From sequence record SRR31156797_7473: a DNA stretch of 41,937 nucleotides; one strand, written 5' to 3'. The position numbers and the translations under genes were made by a program. The notes under the pieces are model-generated. The model saw only the letters and a program-made list of their open reading frames with translations, was not told where the DNA came from and made no database searches. This document shows positions 24,393-35,500 of this stretch, one piece after another. Position 1 is the stretch's first letter, and each line of letters opens with the position of its first letter.

Positions 24393-26495
24393 ATGGCTGA
24401 ACACAATGCACAAAACGCGTCAGAGGTCCCCAAGTCCATTGGGGGAGCCGGGCAAGGCGTCAAGATCGGCGTTGTCCTGGCTTTTGTTCTGGTCATTTCA
24501 GTAGGCATCCTGCTTCTTGCCAACAAGGCGGTCAAAGACAAGGAAGTTGGGGTACTGGAGAACCTGCAAAAACGGTTCGAAATTTTGACCCATGTCAGAG
24601 GAGAGGTTGTCAGTACATATCTTGGCAGTTTGTCACATCATGGCGATCGGCTTATCAAATCCGATTTGTTTCGGCTTTATGCTGCCGAAATTGAAGATTT
24701 TGATGGGGATCTTTCTGCTCTTTTCGGGACAATTTATTCCGAAGAGGATGTAGAGAGTGATGGTGCTGTTTTAGCTGAACAGTTGCCGATGATGGAAAAT
24801 ATGCTCAGGGAGTTTTCCACCTATGCAGGGTTTGTCAATGCACGAATCCTGAGCAAAAGTGGTGAGGCCTATATTGCCACAGACGGCCATTTACCGCCCA
24901 TGGATGAGATGCAGATTGCTGCTGCTCAGGCTGCCATTCTTGAAAATAGCCCTCAATATTCTCCGCTCAGGAAAACGGTGCGTGGTATAGAAATGGATGT
25001 GTACGTTCCAATCTATCCACCGGATGCCGTGGGTGGAACCGATGAGGGACCGCAAGAAGGGGCTGTTGGTGTCCTGATGATGACACGGCTTGTTTCTGGC
25101 AAGATTACCGAATTATTATCGAACTCTGCTCTGGCTGCAAAGGGTCAGAAAATGCGCTTGATGCAAAAGGACGGCGATAGAGACAAGGAAGTCACGCCTT
25201 GGAGTTCCGAAGGATTCAAAGAAGTTTCAACACAGATTGATTTTGGACCGGAAGGCAATATCCCCTTTGGTGTACGGATGAGCATTGGTGACAGTGAGCA
25301 GAAGGTTTATTCATTGGGTGTTCGAGTTCCTGGCCCCGAGTGGTGGCTGATTCAGGAAATCGATTATAATGATGCAGTGACTCCGATTCACGATTTTACA
25401 CGGACCGTGTACATTGTGGCTGGATTGGGTATTTTAACCGCATTTCTTATTGCTGGTTTGGCCTGGTGGATTTTAACCGGAGTACAAAGTCAACGTATAG
25501 CCAAAGAGTTCAAAGTCTTGGCGACACAGATTGATGATCAGAAACGGTTTATCGATTCTATCAATGCCAATATTGACGAGTTTATTACGCTCAAAGATGG
25601 GGTGGGGAGGTATACCTATGTTAATGATGCCTTTGCCGCTGCAGTTGGGCGGACACGGGATGAATTAATCGGTATGGATGCCGCTGCTGTTTTTGGTTTC
25701 GATACAGCCAAGCGTTTGGAATCTATTGATCAAATTGCCATGCGGGAAAATCGTAAAGAGACAATTAACGAACCGATTTTCTTGCGTTCGCAGCGTCATC
25801 AGTTTCAGATATCAAAATCTCCCTATTGTGACAGCAGTGGGTCGTGCGCCGGCTTGGTTGAAGTTTATCGAGACATCACCGAATTTGTGGCAGCGCAAGA
25901 GCAGAATAAGCGTCTGATCAAGAGTGCCATGGAAGCGTTGGGAAGCACTATTGAGGCAGCTGATCCGTACCTTGGTGGGCATACCAAACTCCTTGCCGGA
26001 TTGTCAGTGGAAGTGGCCAAATACATGCATATGTCTGAGATGGATGTAGCCGAGATAGAGACTGCGGCCAATTTGTCGCAGATAGGTAAGATGTTTGTGC
26101 CGAATGAAATCCTGACCAAACCAGGAAAACTTACCGACGAAGAAATGACGATCATGGAAGAGCATGTCGAACACGCCTATCGTATTCTTAAGGATATCGA
26201 CATTGAAGAAGGTGTGCTTTTGGCTATTTATCAGATGAATGAGCGTTTGGATGGTTCTGGTTATCCCAAGAAAATCAAGGGTGACGACACTATTATGCTT
26301 GCTCGAATTTTGTCTGTCTTGAATGTGTTCTGCGCCATGATTCGACCGAGGTCTTACCGTGGAGCAAAAGAGCCGGAACAGGCTTTGGACATCCTTTCCA
26401 GCGAGTCCATGAAGTTTGATAGCTCTGTGGTTCAGGCTCTTGCCGAGGTTGTTAAGACTCCGATTGGAGAAAAGTTATTAGCACCTAGGGACTAA
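24393..26495 (+). CDS. inner-membrane receptor: TM, periplasmic domain, TM, PAS, degenerate HD-GYP (LapD functional analogue)
   Basis: Two TMs flank a periplasmic region of about 300 aa, followed by a PAS domain. The HD-GYP fold has HD changed to SQ (NLSQIGK) and HHE changed to MNE, but retains DGSGYP and RSYR. Confidence 0.87.
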   Translation: MAEHNAQNASEVPKSIGGAGQGVKIGVVLAFVLVISVGILLLANKAVKDKEVGVLENLQKRFEILTHVRGEVVSTYLGSLSHHGDRLIKSDLFRLYAAEIEDFDGDLSALFGTIYSEEDVESDGAVLAEQLPMMENMLREFSTYAGFVNARILSKSGEAYIATDGHLPPMDEMQIAAAQAAILENSPQYSPLRKTVRGIEMDVYVPIYPPDAVGGTDEGPQEGAVGVLMMTRLVSGKITELLSNSALAAKGQKMRLMQKDGDRDKEVTPWSSEGFKEVSTQIDFGPEGNIPFGVRMSIGDSEQKVYSLGVRVPGPEWWLIQEIDYNDAVTPIHDFTRTVYIVAGLGILTAFLIAGLAWWILTGVQSQRIAKEFKVLATQIDDQKRFIDSINANIDEFITLKDGVGRYTYVNDAFAAAVGRTRDELIGMDAAAVFGFDTAKRLESIDQIAMRENRKETINEPIFLRSQRHQFQISKSPYCDSSGSCAGLVEVYRDITEFVAAQEQNKRLIKSAMEALGSTIEAADPYLGGHTKLLAGLSVEVAKYMHMSEMDVAEIETAANLSQIGKMFVPNEILTKPGKLTDEEMTIMEEHVEHAYRILKDIDIEEGVLLAIYQMNERLDGSGYPKKIKGDDTIMLARILSVLNVFCAMIRPRSYRGAKEPEQALDILSSESMKFDSSVVQALAEVVKTPIGEKLLAPRD

Positions 26496-26517
26496 AAGAA
26501 ATAAATCCATCTGGTTG

Positions 26518-26555
26518 AAAGGCCTCGGCGAGAGATCGCCGGGGCCTTTTTTTTT
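26518..26555 (+). terminator. intrinsic terminator of the T1SS operon
   Basis: AAAGGCCTCGGCGA-GAGA-TCGCCGGGGCCTTTTTTTTT. Confidence 0.9.
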
Positions 26556-26909
26556 GAGTTTTGTACAGGACAGTCTGCTTTATTTCATTGGATTGACATA
26601 CCATCTGCAGTTAATTGTTGTGATTGATGTTCAGGCTTTTTTATACCTTTGAAGGTACTTTGTAATCTTGTCTCCACAACTCCATTGGGAGCGAGAATGA
26701 ATTTTCTTGTCTCAAACAGTTTCTACTGAGGCGTTTTTGCGAGGGGGGGGGCTCGGGATGAGCGTTGAGCTGTATAGTAGCTGGAAGATTGAAAGAATCA
26801 GAGAGGATGCAAACTTGTCTGCCTAAATTTCGACGTTTCGAACGAGTGCTGATGTTATGATGTTATGAAGTTTGAAAGGCTAAGAGTCTTGGTAATATAT
26901 TGGCCACGC

Positions 26910-26941
26910 AAAAGGGGCACAGCCTGTCGGCTGCGCCCCTT
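26910..26941 (-). terminator. intrinsic terminator of tolC
   Basis: Minus strand AAGGGGCGCAGCC-GACA-GGCTGTGCCCCTTTT. Confidence 0.85.
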
Positions 26942-26963
26942 GAAGTTCTCGCGTGTAAGTCGC

Positions 26964-28301
26964 TTACTGTTCGGTAGCAGGAAGTTCTTCGTAGGTGTTG
27001 GAAGCTACTTCCAGGGTCTTCATGAGCTGGCCTTCGAGAGCCAGGAATTTATACAGGGTGAAGTTGCGGTTGCTGGTAGCTGTTTCAAGCTGCACCTTGT
27101 TGCTGAAGACTTCATTGGTCGCATCGAGCACGTCCAGAAGGGAGCGCTGACCGACATTGAACTGCATGAGGTACATGTCCAGGGACTCCAAGCTGTACTG
27201 AAGAGCTTCCTGGTATTTTTCGATCTGGCCTATGCTGGATTCGTATTCGGCCCAAGCAGAGGCAACCTGACGGATCAGGTCATCGGTGGTGTCCTGCAAA
27301 TTGGACTGTGCTTCACGAACACGGGCAGTAGCGGTACGAACATCGTTGTAGTCGCTGAGGCCGTTGAAGAGATTCCAGTTCGCACGGAGCATTGCCTTGT
27401 CGTCCTGAACCCAAGAGTCCGAACCGTCAAGGTCGTCAGTGTTGCGATGTGCGTAGTAAACATCAATTTCCGGGTACATGGTGGATTCGAGGACGCCTAC
27501 GGTACGTTCAGCCACTTCGATCTCAGCTTTGTAGACTGCAATCTTGGGGTTGTTATCCAGCGTAACGTCGAGAATCTGTTCAGCTGTGCCGGGGATATAT
27601 TCGGGGTTGTATTCGGGATCGCCGAGTTCCTTGGGAGTGACGCCAACTGTGCGGGCGTACTCTGCCTCGGAAGAGCGAAGTTCGCCGATGTAGGTGACGA
27701 GAGTGGTCTCTGCGCGGGCAACACGGCCCTTAGCCTGCATTTCATCGGCCTTGTTACCGGCTCCACCTTCGACACGTTCGGTGATGGAATCAAGCAACTG
27801 TTGGTGAGCGGTGATATTTTCACCGGCCAGAGCAACAAGCTTGCGGATGCGGACCACATCAACATGGGCGCGGATAGCGTCCAGAGCAACGGTTTCCACA
27901 TTATCGACCAAACGGCCTTCAGCCGAAGTCATACGAGCGCCTTCACGTTTGTAGTCGCTCCAACGATCAAAACCGTCGAAGATCGGCTGTGTGACGGTGG
28001 CGGTTACATCAGTGGGAGTGCGGGTATGTCTATCCACATTGGTGGCACGGGTAACAGCACTGCTGTATTCCTGCCAACCAGCTTCAGCTTGCAAGTCCAG
28101 AGACGGGAAGAAACGGCCCAGTGCAGACAGTTGCGCCTTGGATACGGCGTCTCTGTTATGCAGCATGGCCTTGATTTTCGGATGTTGTTTAACAGCCGCA
28201 ACGACACTGTCTTTCAGTGTCATTGTTCCATCCGCTTGGGCGAACGCCGGCACGGAAAGAAACAGGGAAAAAAGAAGAGTCGCGAGAACAAGTTTTTTCA
28301 T
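26964..28301 (-). CDS. TolC-family T1SS outer-membrane channel (LapE-like)
   Basis: Signal peptide MKKLVLATLLF...AFA, FFPSLDL, QPIFDG, WNLFNG and QFNVGQRSLLDVLDA. An alternative start is 28313. Confidence 0.93.
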   Translation of the reverse strand: MKKLVLATLLFSLFLSVPAFAQADGTMTLKDSVVAAVKQHPKIKAMLHNRDAVSKAQLSALGRFFPSLDLQAEAGWQEYSSAVTRATNVDRHTRTPTDVTATVTQPIFDGFDRWSDYKREGARMTSAEGRLVDNVETVALDAIRAHVDVVRIRKLVALAGENITAHQQLLDSITERVEGGAGNKADEMQAKGRVARAETTLVTYIGELRSSEAEYARTVGVTPKELGDPEYNPEYIPGTAEQILDVTLDNNPKIAVYKAEIEVAERTVGVLESTMYPEIDVYYAHRNTDDLDGSDSWVQDDKAMLRANWNLFNGLSDYNDVRTATARVREAQSNLQDTTDDLIRQVASAWAEYESSIGQIEKYQEALQYSLESLDMYLMQFNVGQRSLLDVLDATNEVFSNKVQLETATSNRNFTLYKFLALEGQLMKTLEVASNTYEELPATEQ

Positions 28302-28343
28302 GATAAACCCCATGTAATTGAATTTAAGCTACTTACTGATAGA

Positions 28344-28373
28344 CTTATAGCCATAATTATAAATATGTGTCAA
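28344..28373 (-). promoter_or_regulatory. putative sigma70 promoter of tolC
   Basis: TTGACA-N18-TATAAG on the minus strand. Confidence 0.5.
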
Positions 28374-28565
28374 GGCGTGTTGAGCAAAATGGCACAAGCT
28401 CTCTTGTGGGTGTTAAGTATCTGAAAATATGAGAAATATTGTTGTTTTTGCATGTCTATTTTGACCGGGAAAATCTCCCGTTTTAGCCTCGGCTTTGTGC
28501 TTCAAAAGGAATGTTTTTCACAAAATGTTCCAACATGCTTTTTTATTAGTGGAAATTGCGTATTC

Positions 28566-28604
28566 CATAAAAAAAACCGCGCTGAGCGGCGCGGTTTTTT
28601 TATG
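28566..28604. terminator. intrinsic terminator ending the adhesin/mini-adhesin transcript
   Basis: A8-CCGCGC-TGAGCG-GCGCGG-T7. Confidence 0.88.
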
Positions 28605-28631
28605 AAGCCTATAGAGGGTTAAAAAGGGTGG

Positions 28632-29417
28632 TTAATCAACATTCATACCGGAACTTATCAGGTGATTGATAAGGTCGTCTGTCGAAGTATCGGTGTCAAT
28701 GCCGTAATCATGCGTGGGCAGATCAGGCTGGGAAACACCGAGTAGCTTAACTACGATATCGTCGTTGACAGTATCGTTTTGGCCGATGATTACCTCTGTA
28801 AGGTCATGTTCAGTGTCCACGATAACATCCTTGACGGACATGCCTTCCGGCAGTTCCAAAGAGTCGCTGCCAACAGTGAAGTTAGAAACGATAATTTCGT
28901 TTTCTCCATGCTCCAATACTGAGGGATCAATGAAGAAACTGTCATGATCTGTACTTGTTTCGGCAACGTTATCGTCTACAAAGAGATTATCTTCTGCCAA
29001 GTCGACGAGCAGCTGTTCGCTCGGCGGTAAGTCTGCCAGTGAGGGCGTGTTATCCATCATCACAGCCCAACTACCGTCGATGTTTTGAGAGAGAGAGAAT
29101 GTTTCTTCTGTTCCGTTCGGATTAAAGTCCGCATTGTCAAAAAGTACATCAAGCAGGGAGTCGTTATTAGCCAACACCCAGCTTCCACCATCTTTGAGAA
29201 AATGGAGATCTCCTGTCAGGTCGACGGCATTTTCCGGTGCGTCGTGAATGAGGAAGAACCGGATGTCTGGATTGCCTTGAAAAACAGATACCAGTTGGCC
29301 TAGCATGGCCGTATCCATACAGTTGGCAAGTACAATTTCCGGCTCAACAGGCACGTTTCCCTCGAGGGAATACGTGCCAAGCATCGTCGTGTCGTTCATA
29401 TTCGTATCGTCAGTCAT
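28632..29417 (-). CDS. acidic 261-aa protein paralogous to two segments of the upstream adhesin; likely T1SS substrate
   Basis: Strong RBS AAGGAG. The N-half aligns by eye to adhesin 33448-33870 and the C-half to the adhesin C-terminal tail. No signal peptide. Confidence 0.8.
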   Translation of the reverse strand: MTDDTNMNDTTMLGTYSLEGNVPVEPEIVLANCMDTAMLGQLVSVFQGNPDIRFFLIHDAPENAVDLTGDLHFLKDGGSWVLANNDSLLDVLFDNADFNPNGTEETFSLSQNIDGSWAVMMDNTPSLADLPPSEQLLVDLAEDNLFVDDNVAETSTDHDSFFIDPSVLEHGENEIIVSNFTVGSDSLELPEGMSVKDVIVDTEHDLTEVIIGQNDTVNDDIVVKLLGVSQPDLPTHDYGIDTDTSTDDLINHLISSGMNVD

Positions 29418-29461
29418 ATTGATCTCCTTGGCAAGGAGAATTGTCCGTGTCTGGGTAAATG

Positions 29462-29490
29462 CCCGGACCCGGCCATTGGCCGAGTCCGGG
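29462..29490 (-). other. strong hairpin after the adhesin stop, with weak U-tract
   Basis: Minus strand CCCGGACTCGGCC-AAT-GGCCGGGTCCGGG followed by CATTT. Confidence 0.6.
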
Positions 29491-29502
29491 GTTGATGTAG
29501 AG

Positions 29503-32500
29503 TTAGAAGTTGTCAGGTGAATCGATAATCTGTTGGATTATGTCGTTCACGTTGTCGGTTGCAAGGTCGACATTTGCAGTGATGCCGTCATGGCTTGAGA
29601 CAACCCCGTTGAGCGTGATCACCAGATCATTGCTGCCCGAGACATCCTCAACAGTCAGAATGAGATCGGTGCTGCCGGAATCGGATGTGATTGCCAGATT
29701 GCCGCTGCCAAGAGCATTTAGGTCGAGTTGGTCACCAGCGTTGATGTCGAAGTCCGTAACTTCAACGTTTCCACCGATGTATGCGGGATCAATCGTGATC
29801 GTGTCCGCACCCTCGCCCAGAGTGACTGTGTCGTCACCGCCGCTGAGGTGAATGTCATCACTGCCTTCAAGGCCGAAGATGACGTTATTTCCAGTATCAT
29901 CGTACAGGGTGTCGTCGCCGGATGTTCCAACGATGACCGAGTTGTCGCCTGCTACTGTGATGGGGAATTCCAGTGTTGCGGTGCTGGTCATGCCATCGGT
30001 ATCAGCAATTTGATACTCAAAGGTTTCCACGCCGGGGCCGTTGATGTTGTTCACCAAAGCCGGATCCACGTTGTACTGGAAGGTGCCGTCTTCGTTTAGA
30101 GTCAGGTTTCCGTATTCGCCCTGGATAGTACCGCTGGTCGCAGAGCCATCACCAGTGTCGTCCAGTGAGACATAACCACCTGTTCCTGTTGCGCCGAGCA
30201 CGACGAGGTCAGTGTTGACTCCAGAGGTTTCAACATAATCAGCGTCTTCGGCATCGACGTCATTCAGCAACACGTTGCCGTTCATGCCGTTGGGTGTCAT
30301 GTACGCCGCAATCCAGGCGGTGCTTGTGACAGTCCTGCTGGCACTCAAGGATTCCAGATAGAAGGAGTCCTTCTTGTTGTGGTCAGCGCCGATACGAATG
30401 CTTGTAATGTTACCAGTGAATGTCTGTTGACTACCGGAGAAGCTATGCCAGGAACCTCCATTTATGGAGTATTCTGGTGTGTCTCCGTCTCCAGTACCGC
30501 CGAGCGTGATTGTTACAGAGGTTTGAGGGTCATCGAAGGAGATGATCATGTCTTCATCCCACTTGCCATCAATGTAGCTGTCGTCACCTCCATAACTGGA
30601 GATACCCAGATCATCGCCGTTGACCTTGACAACTTCGGGCCACCAAGAGGAATCTCCCCTGATGGTGAAGTCGGTTCCATGGTAATCTCCTCCAGAGAAG
30701 GAACCTGTGAAGTCCGTGTCATTAATAGTCACAGTGCTGGTCGAGGTCTGCCAGTAACCGGGAGTGAGTTCCATTCCAGCGAAGACATCATTGACTGCCA
30801 CAGGGGCGTCGTCTGCACCGTTGATCAGGAAGCTCACAGTGGCTTCATCGTAGCCGCCCTGCCCATCAGTCATCCGATAGGTGAAGGCTTCAGTTTCTGT
30901 ATCTCCGGTAGACAGTGCGTCGGCCGCAGGCTGATCCGGGGTGTATTCGTATGTGCCATCACTATTGATGGTCAGAGTTCCGTAAGTGCCTACCATGACC
31001 GCTGTGTCAGCGTCGTCAGCACCAGTGCCGACATCCGAGAGAGCAGTGAAGGCTCCGTGGCTGGATTCTTCACCGAGAGCCACAGAGACAACACTCAGGG
31101 TGTCGCCTGCATCTGCGTCGGTGTCGTTGTCGAGCACGTTGCCGGTAGCCGTTGTGCCTTCAGTGCTGGTTTCGGTCAGGATGGTCTGCAGCAGGCCGTT
31201 CAGATCGCTCGGATCGTCGAGGTCGATACCGTTACCGTTCTCGTTGATCTGATTGATGTACTGCATGTTGGAGGAACCCATTTCGATACCAACGCCAATG
31301 ACATTGGTATTGGAGTGCAGGGTAGCCAATTCATCCTGCCAGTTACCAGTATTGTTCGGCTTGCCGTCAGACATGAATATGACTTGCGTATCGATACCGT
31401 TGGCCTCGGCTGTTACCCAAGTGTTGGCTGCACTTAATGCATCCTGATAGTCGGTTGAGCCTTGGGCGTCGAATGTCGCAACAAAGTCGCGTGCATCTTG
31501 GTATTCGGTTGTCGCCGGGTTGTCGGTCAACGTGTAAGTACGAGTGACAGTGTTCCCGTCGAAGTCGATAAGGCCAACCTTGACCGAGCCACCGCTGATG
31601 TTGATCTGTTCTTGCAGTGTTTCCAGCATCTCGTTGAGAGCTGCCCTGGCTTCACCAATACGATTGTTGGTGGACATGGACCCTGATGTGTCCACAACCA
31701 ACAGGTAGTTAACAGGGTTAGACTCGAAGTTCGTGCCACCTTCGGTCACGACGTTGAAGTCATTTTCCGTACCGGGCTGGTCGTCGTACAAGTCGTCAAC
31801 TGCGACCGGATCGTCGTTAGTTGATGTGACGTTCAGGCTGACCTGAGCAGAGTCTGTTAACCCACCGTCTGTCACGGTGTAGTTAAAGTACGCCGGGCCA
31901 GTATAGTCTGCATTGGGTGTGAAGACCAATTCTCCACCAACCTCGGTAACGGTACCTACAGTGCCGCCGGTTCCGTCCGCATTGGCCGTGGCCACTGCGT
32001 CAAAGGAATCAATGGAGAGCGGATCTCCATCGGGGTCAGAGTCGTTTGCGAGGACATCAAGAGTCGTCGGAATGTCTTCCGGGACATTCTGCATGTCGTC
32101 GTCAGCCACGGGGGCTGCGTTCTCAATAGTCACGCTGACATTGAGCAGACCGTAATCGACTGCACCTTCAGTGTCGCTGACCTGATAGGTGAAGGTCTCG
32201 GAGACCTCACCGGTCTGGTCGGGATTCGGCGTGTAAGTGTACTCGCCGTTCGCACCGATTTCCAGAACACCGTAAGTGCCTTGGATGAAGGCGCCTTCGC
32301 CGTCATCGCCAGTATCGAAGGTTCCGGAATCAGGCGTGAAGTCAACACCGGTGTAATCCGGGAGGTTGTCCTGATCGCCTGTTGCGATACCGGTGACAGT
32401 CAGTTCTGTTGAACCTTCCAGTGCCGGTGTGGCAGGGTTGTCGCCTTCGGGGTAGTCTACATCTTCATAATCCCAATCGTTGGCAAGCACATTGCCTTCC

Positions 32501-35500
32501 ACGATGGGCATATCACCCGAGCTGGTGTCAGCCGGCGTGAGTTCAATACCGCCCTTGAGCGAGAAGCGATCAGATTCACCTTCGGGAGACAGTGTCAGAC
32601 TGTCGAAGGGAGTGCCGTCGTTTGTTGTTACTGCATAACTGTTGCCAGTGCCGGGTGTCACGATGAGGTATGTTGGCTGAGACGTGTCAGTTGTCAGCGT
32701 CGTGCTGCCACTTGTAGCCTCAAACAGGGGATCGCTACTGCCATGCGTCAGGATGTCGAATTCGACAGCTGTCTGGCTTTGGGCGAAGTTGATGGTCAGC
32801 GCTTCGTCTGGACCGCTGTTATCGACTGCCTTGTCGGCAAGGCTGTTGCCTTCACCATCTGTCTTGATACCCGTATGTGTGATGCCACCGGTTGCCCACT
32901 GGTACACGTTTCCGACATTTGCGGAGAATGTGTACAGAGGTCCGTCGGGAGTCTCTTCGCCGGGGACGTAATGGCCGGAGGCCGAACCCAAATCGTCAAC
33001 CGCGACAGGCGGATCGTTGACCGGGATGACCTGGACGAACGCGTGAGCTGTGTTACTGGCTGCACCCTGATCGTCGTAGACAGTGACTGAGAGGTCACGG
33101 AGGTTTTCGATAGTGCCCTCGGTATCAAGATCGTCACCCAGCGGATTTTGCGAGGTGTTCTCAAAGGTCAGAGTCTGGAGCAGGGCTTCCCAGTCAGCCT
33201 TGGGGGCGTCCCCAATAATCGTCATGGTTCCGGCATCGCCATCGTCCGGGCCAAAGGAGGCCCAACTTGGCAGGGTGATGCTCAGAACATCGCCGGGTTG
33301 CTCTTCGAAGCTGATTTCGACCTTGGACATGTTGTCGGAATCGATATCCGAGATGTCCACCGCACCGGTAACACCGACAGCGTCGCCGCCTTCGGTGAAG
33401 GTGACCGGACCGTGATCGGCACCGGCTGCGCCGTCGTGTTCTTCGGCGAGGACATCGTCGAAGTCGTCATCGTCTGCGCCTTCTACTTCGAGGAACTGGT
33501 CGTCAACACCGATTCTGCCAGCCAGAAGCTCGGCAGGATCGAAGGTATGTTCCGGGTCGTTGGGGTTAAGAGCCATATTATCGAAGCGGGCATCGAGCGT
33601 TGTCGTGCCGCCGTCGAAGGAAATGGCCCATTCTCCATTCGCTTCATCCCATACGAACTCAGGAGTTCCAGTGGGAGTTGCGCCGTAGCCAACAGAAACC
33701 AGGAAGTAGTTCGGAGTTGCGCCGTCACCGTAGGTGGTGAGCACATCGCCGATATCCAGATTCGGATCGTTAACGTTGACAAGGATGATTTCCGGGTTCA
33801 CCGGGTTTCCATCGGCCATCGTGTAGATACCGAGTATGTTGTTATAACCAGCTTCTTCGCCTTCGAAGGTCACTGTGCCTGCAGACAGGTCGAGGACCGG
33901 AGCATCGTTTGCACCGTTCACCGTGATGGTGACCGTTGCAACGTTGGAGTCGGCATCGCCGTCATTGGCAGTGTACTGGAAGGTGATATCCATGGTTTCT
34001 TCCACGCCGAGGTGATCGTAAGCCGGGTTGTCCTGATCGAACTGGACATCGCCGTTCGGCAGCAGGGTAACACCAGCCGGGAGATCGCCGACAGGGCTAA
34101 AGGAAACGATGGCATCGGGAGTCGTGCCGGGTACGGTTTCGCCAGTGTCAGGATCATAGTCATCGCCGCCGCCGGAAGCATTACCCACGTTGCCGAGGGT
34201 TACGATTGCGCCGTCATTCACTTCATATGCATCATATGCATCGTCGAGAGCGACAGGAGCGTCGTTGAGACCATTGACCTGAATGACCAAATTGGCGGAC
34301 TGGGCAACGGGGTCGTTGTCCACGGTATCGCCATCGGTCATGGTGTACTTGAAGGTTTCAGTCGGGTTCACGCCCTCGGGCAGTGTCTCGTCAGTCGCTG
34401 TATAGGTGTATTCACCGTTGGAACCGATTTCCAAAGTACCATGAACACCTGTGATGGTGATCGGGTCTGCGCCAGTGAAGTCGTATGTAGTGCCGTCGAA
34501 TTCAACCTGGGTGAGGGACATTTCGCCAGGCGTGTTGTCCGGGTCGAGGTCGTTGTCGAGCACGTTTGCGGAGACTTCCGCCATACCTGCAAAGGCACCG
34601 GTGTCGGGTTCGTATACGGATTCGCTGTCAGCAACCGCTGTCGGGTCCTGATTCACAGGAGCGTCGGGCAGGATGTTGACGGTGACCGTTGAGGAACCCG
34701 CAGGATCAACCAGTTCGCCGTCGGTTCCGGGAAGCCCGGAGTCGATGGGAATGTAGTCGAATGTATCAGTGTTGGTGAATTCGGCATCAATGTACCGGAG
34801 TTCCCAGTTGGCGCCGTCTTCGTCGCCATGTTCCACAGTGCTGAATTCGAGTCTGGTGAAGGAGTTTCCTTCGCCGAGCAGACTTTCATCCAGAATCAGA
34901 CTTTCAAACAAGTCGCCGCCGGCGTTGTTGATTTCACCACTGGCAACTACGTTACCTGCCGCATCAAATGCGGTCCAAGTGGCAAATGCCTGTTGGTCGC
35001 TTCCTGGATCGAAGTAACCACCGAGTCCATCAAAGCCGATTTCCGCGTAGGAAACTGCCGCGCCATTAAAGGATACGGTCAGAACGTCGTCTGTGGTGCC
35101 GTTAAGGCCCTGGCCTTGTTCATCAGCAATACCGAATCCGATGTGGTTTGCACCTTCATGGTACTGAGTGAGCTCTGCATTGTCGCCGTTGCGTGTCACG
35201 CTGGTAGTGACGGTTACACCGTCGATGACCAGATCGTAAGAGCCATCAGGCTGTTCAACGCCCCATTGACTCAGAGTTGCATCGCCAGCAATACGGGATC
35301 CGAGGAGGACGCCGTCGATGGCATCGCCGTCGGGGACATAACTCAACTGGTTCAGGTCGAACTGTGTGCCGTTGTCAACGTCAGCCTGAGTGACCGGAGT
35401 CTGACCCGGGCCGTAAACGAGCTGGCCGTTGTCTGGCAGATCGGTGATCATGACATCCAGTTCCTGACCTGTGTAGGACGGGTCTTCCGGATCGGATACA

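Noticed and set aside
26865-28424. 519-aa plus ORF
   Set aside because: It is antisense to tolC, with no motif or RBS support.
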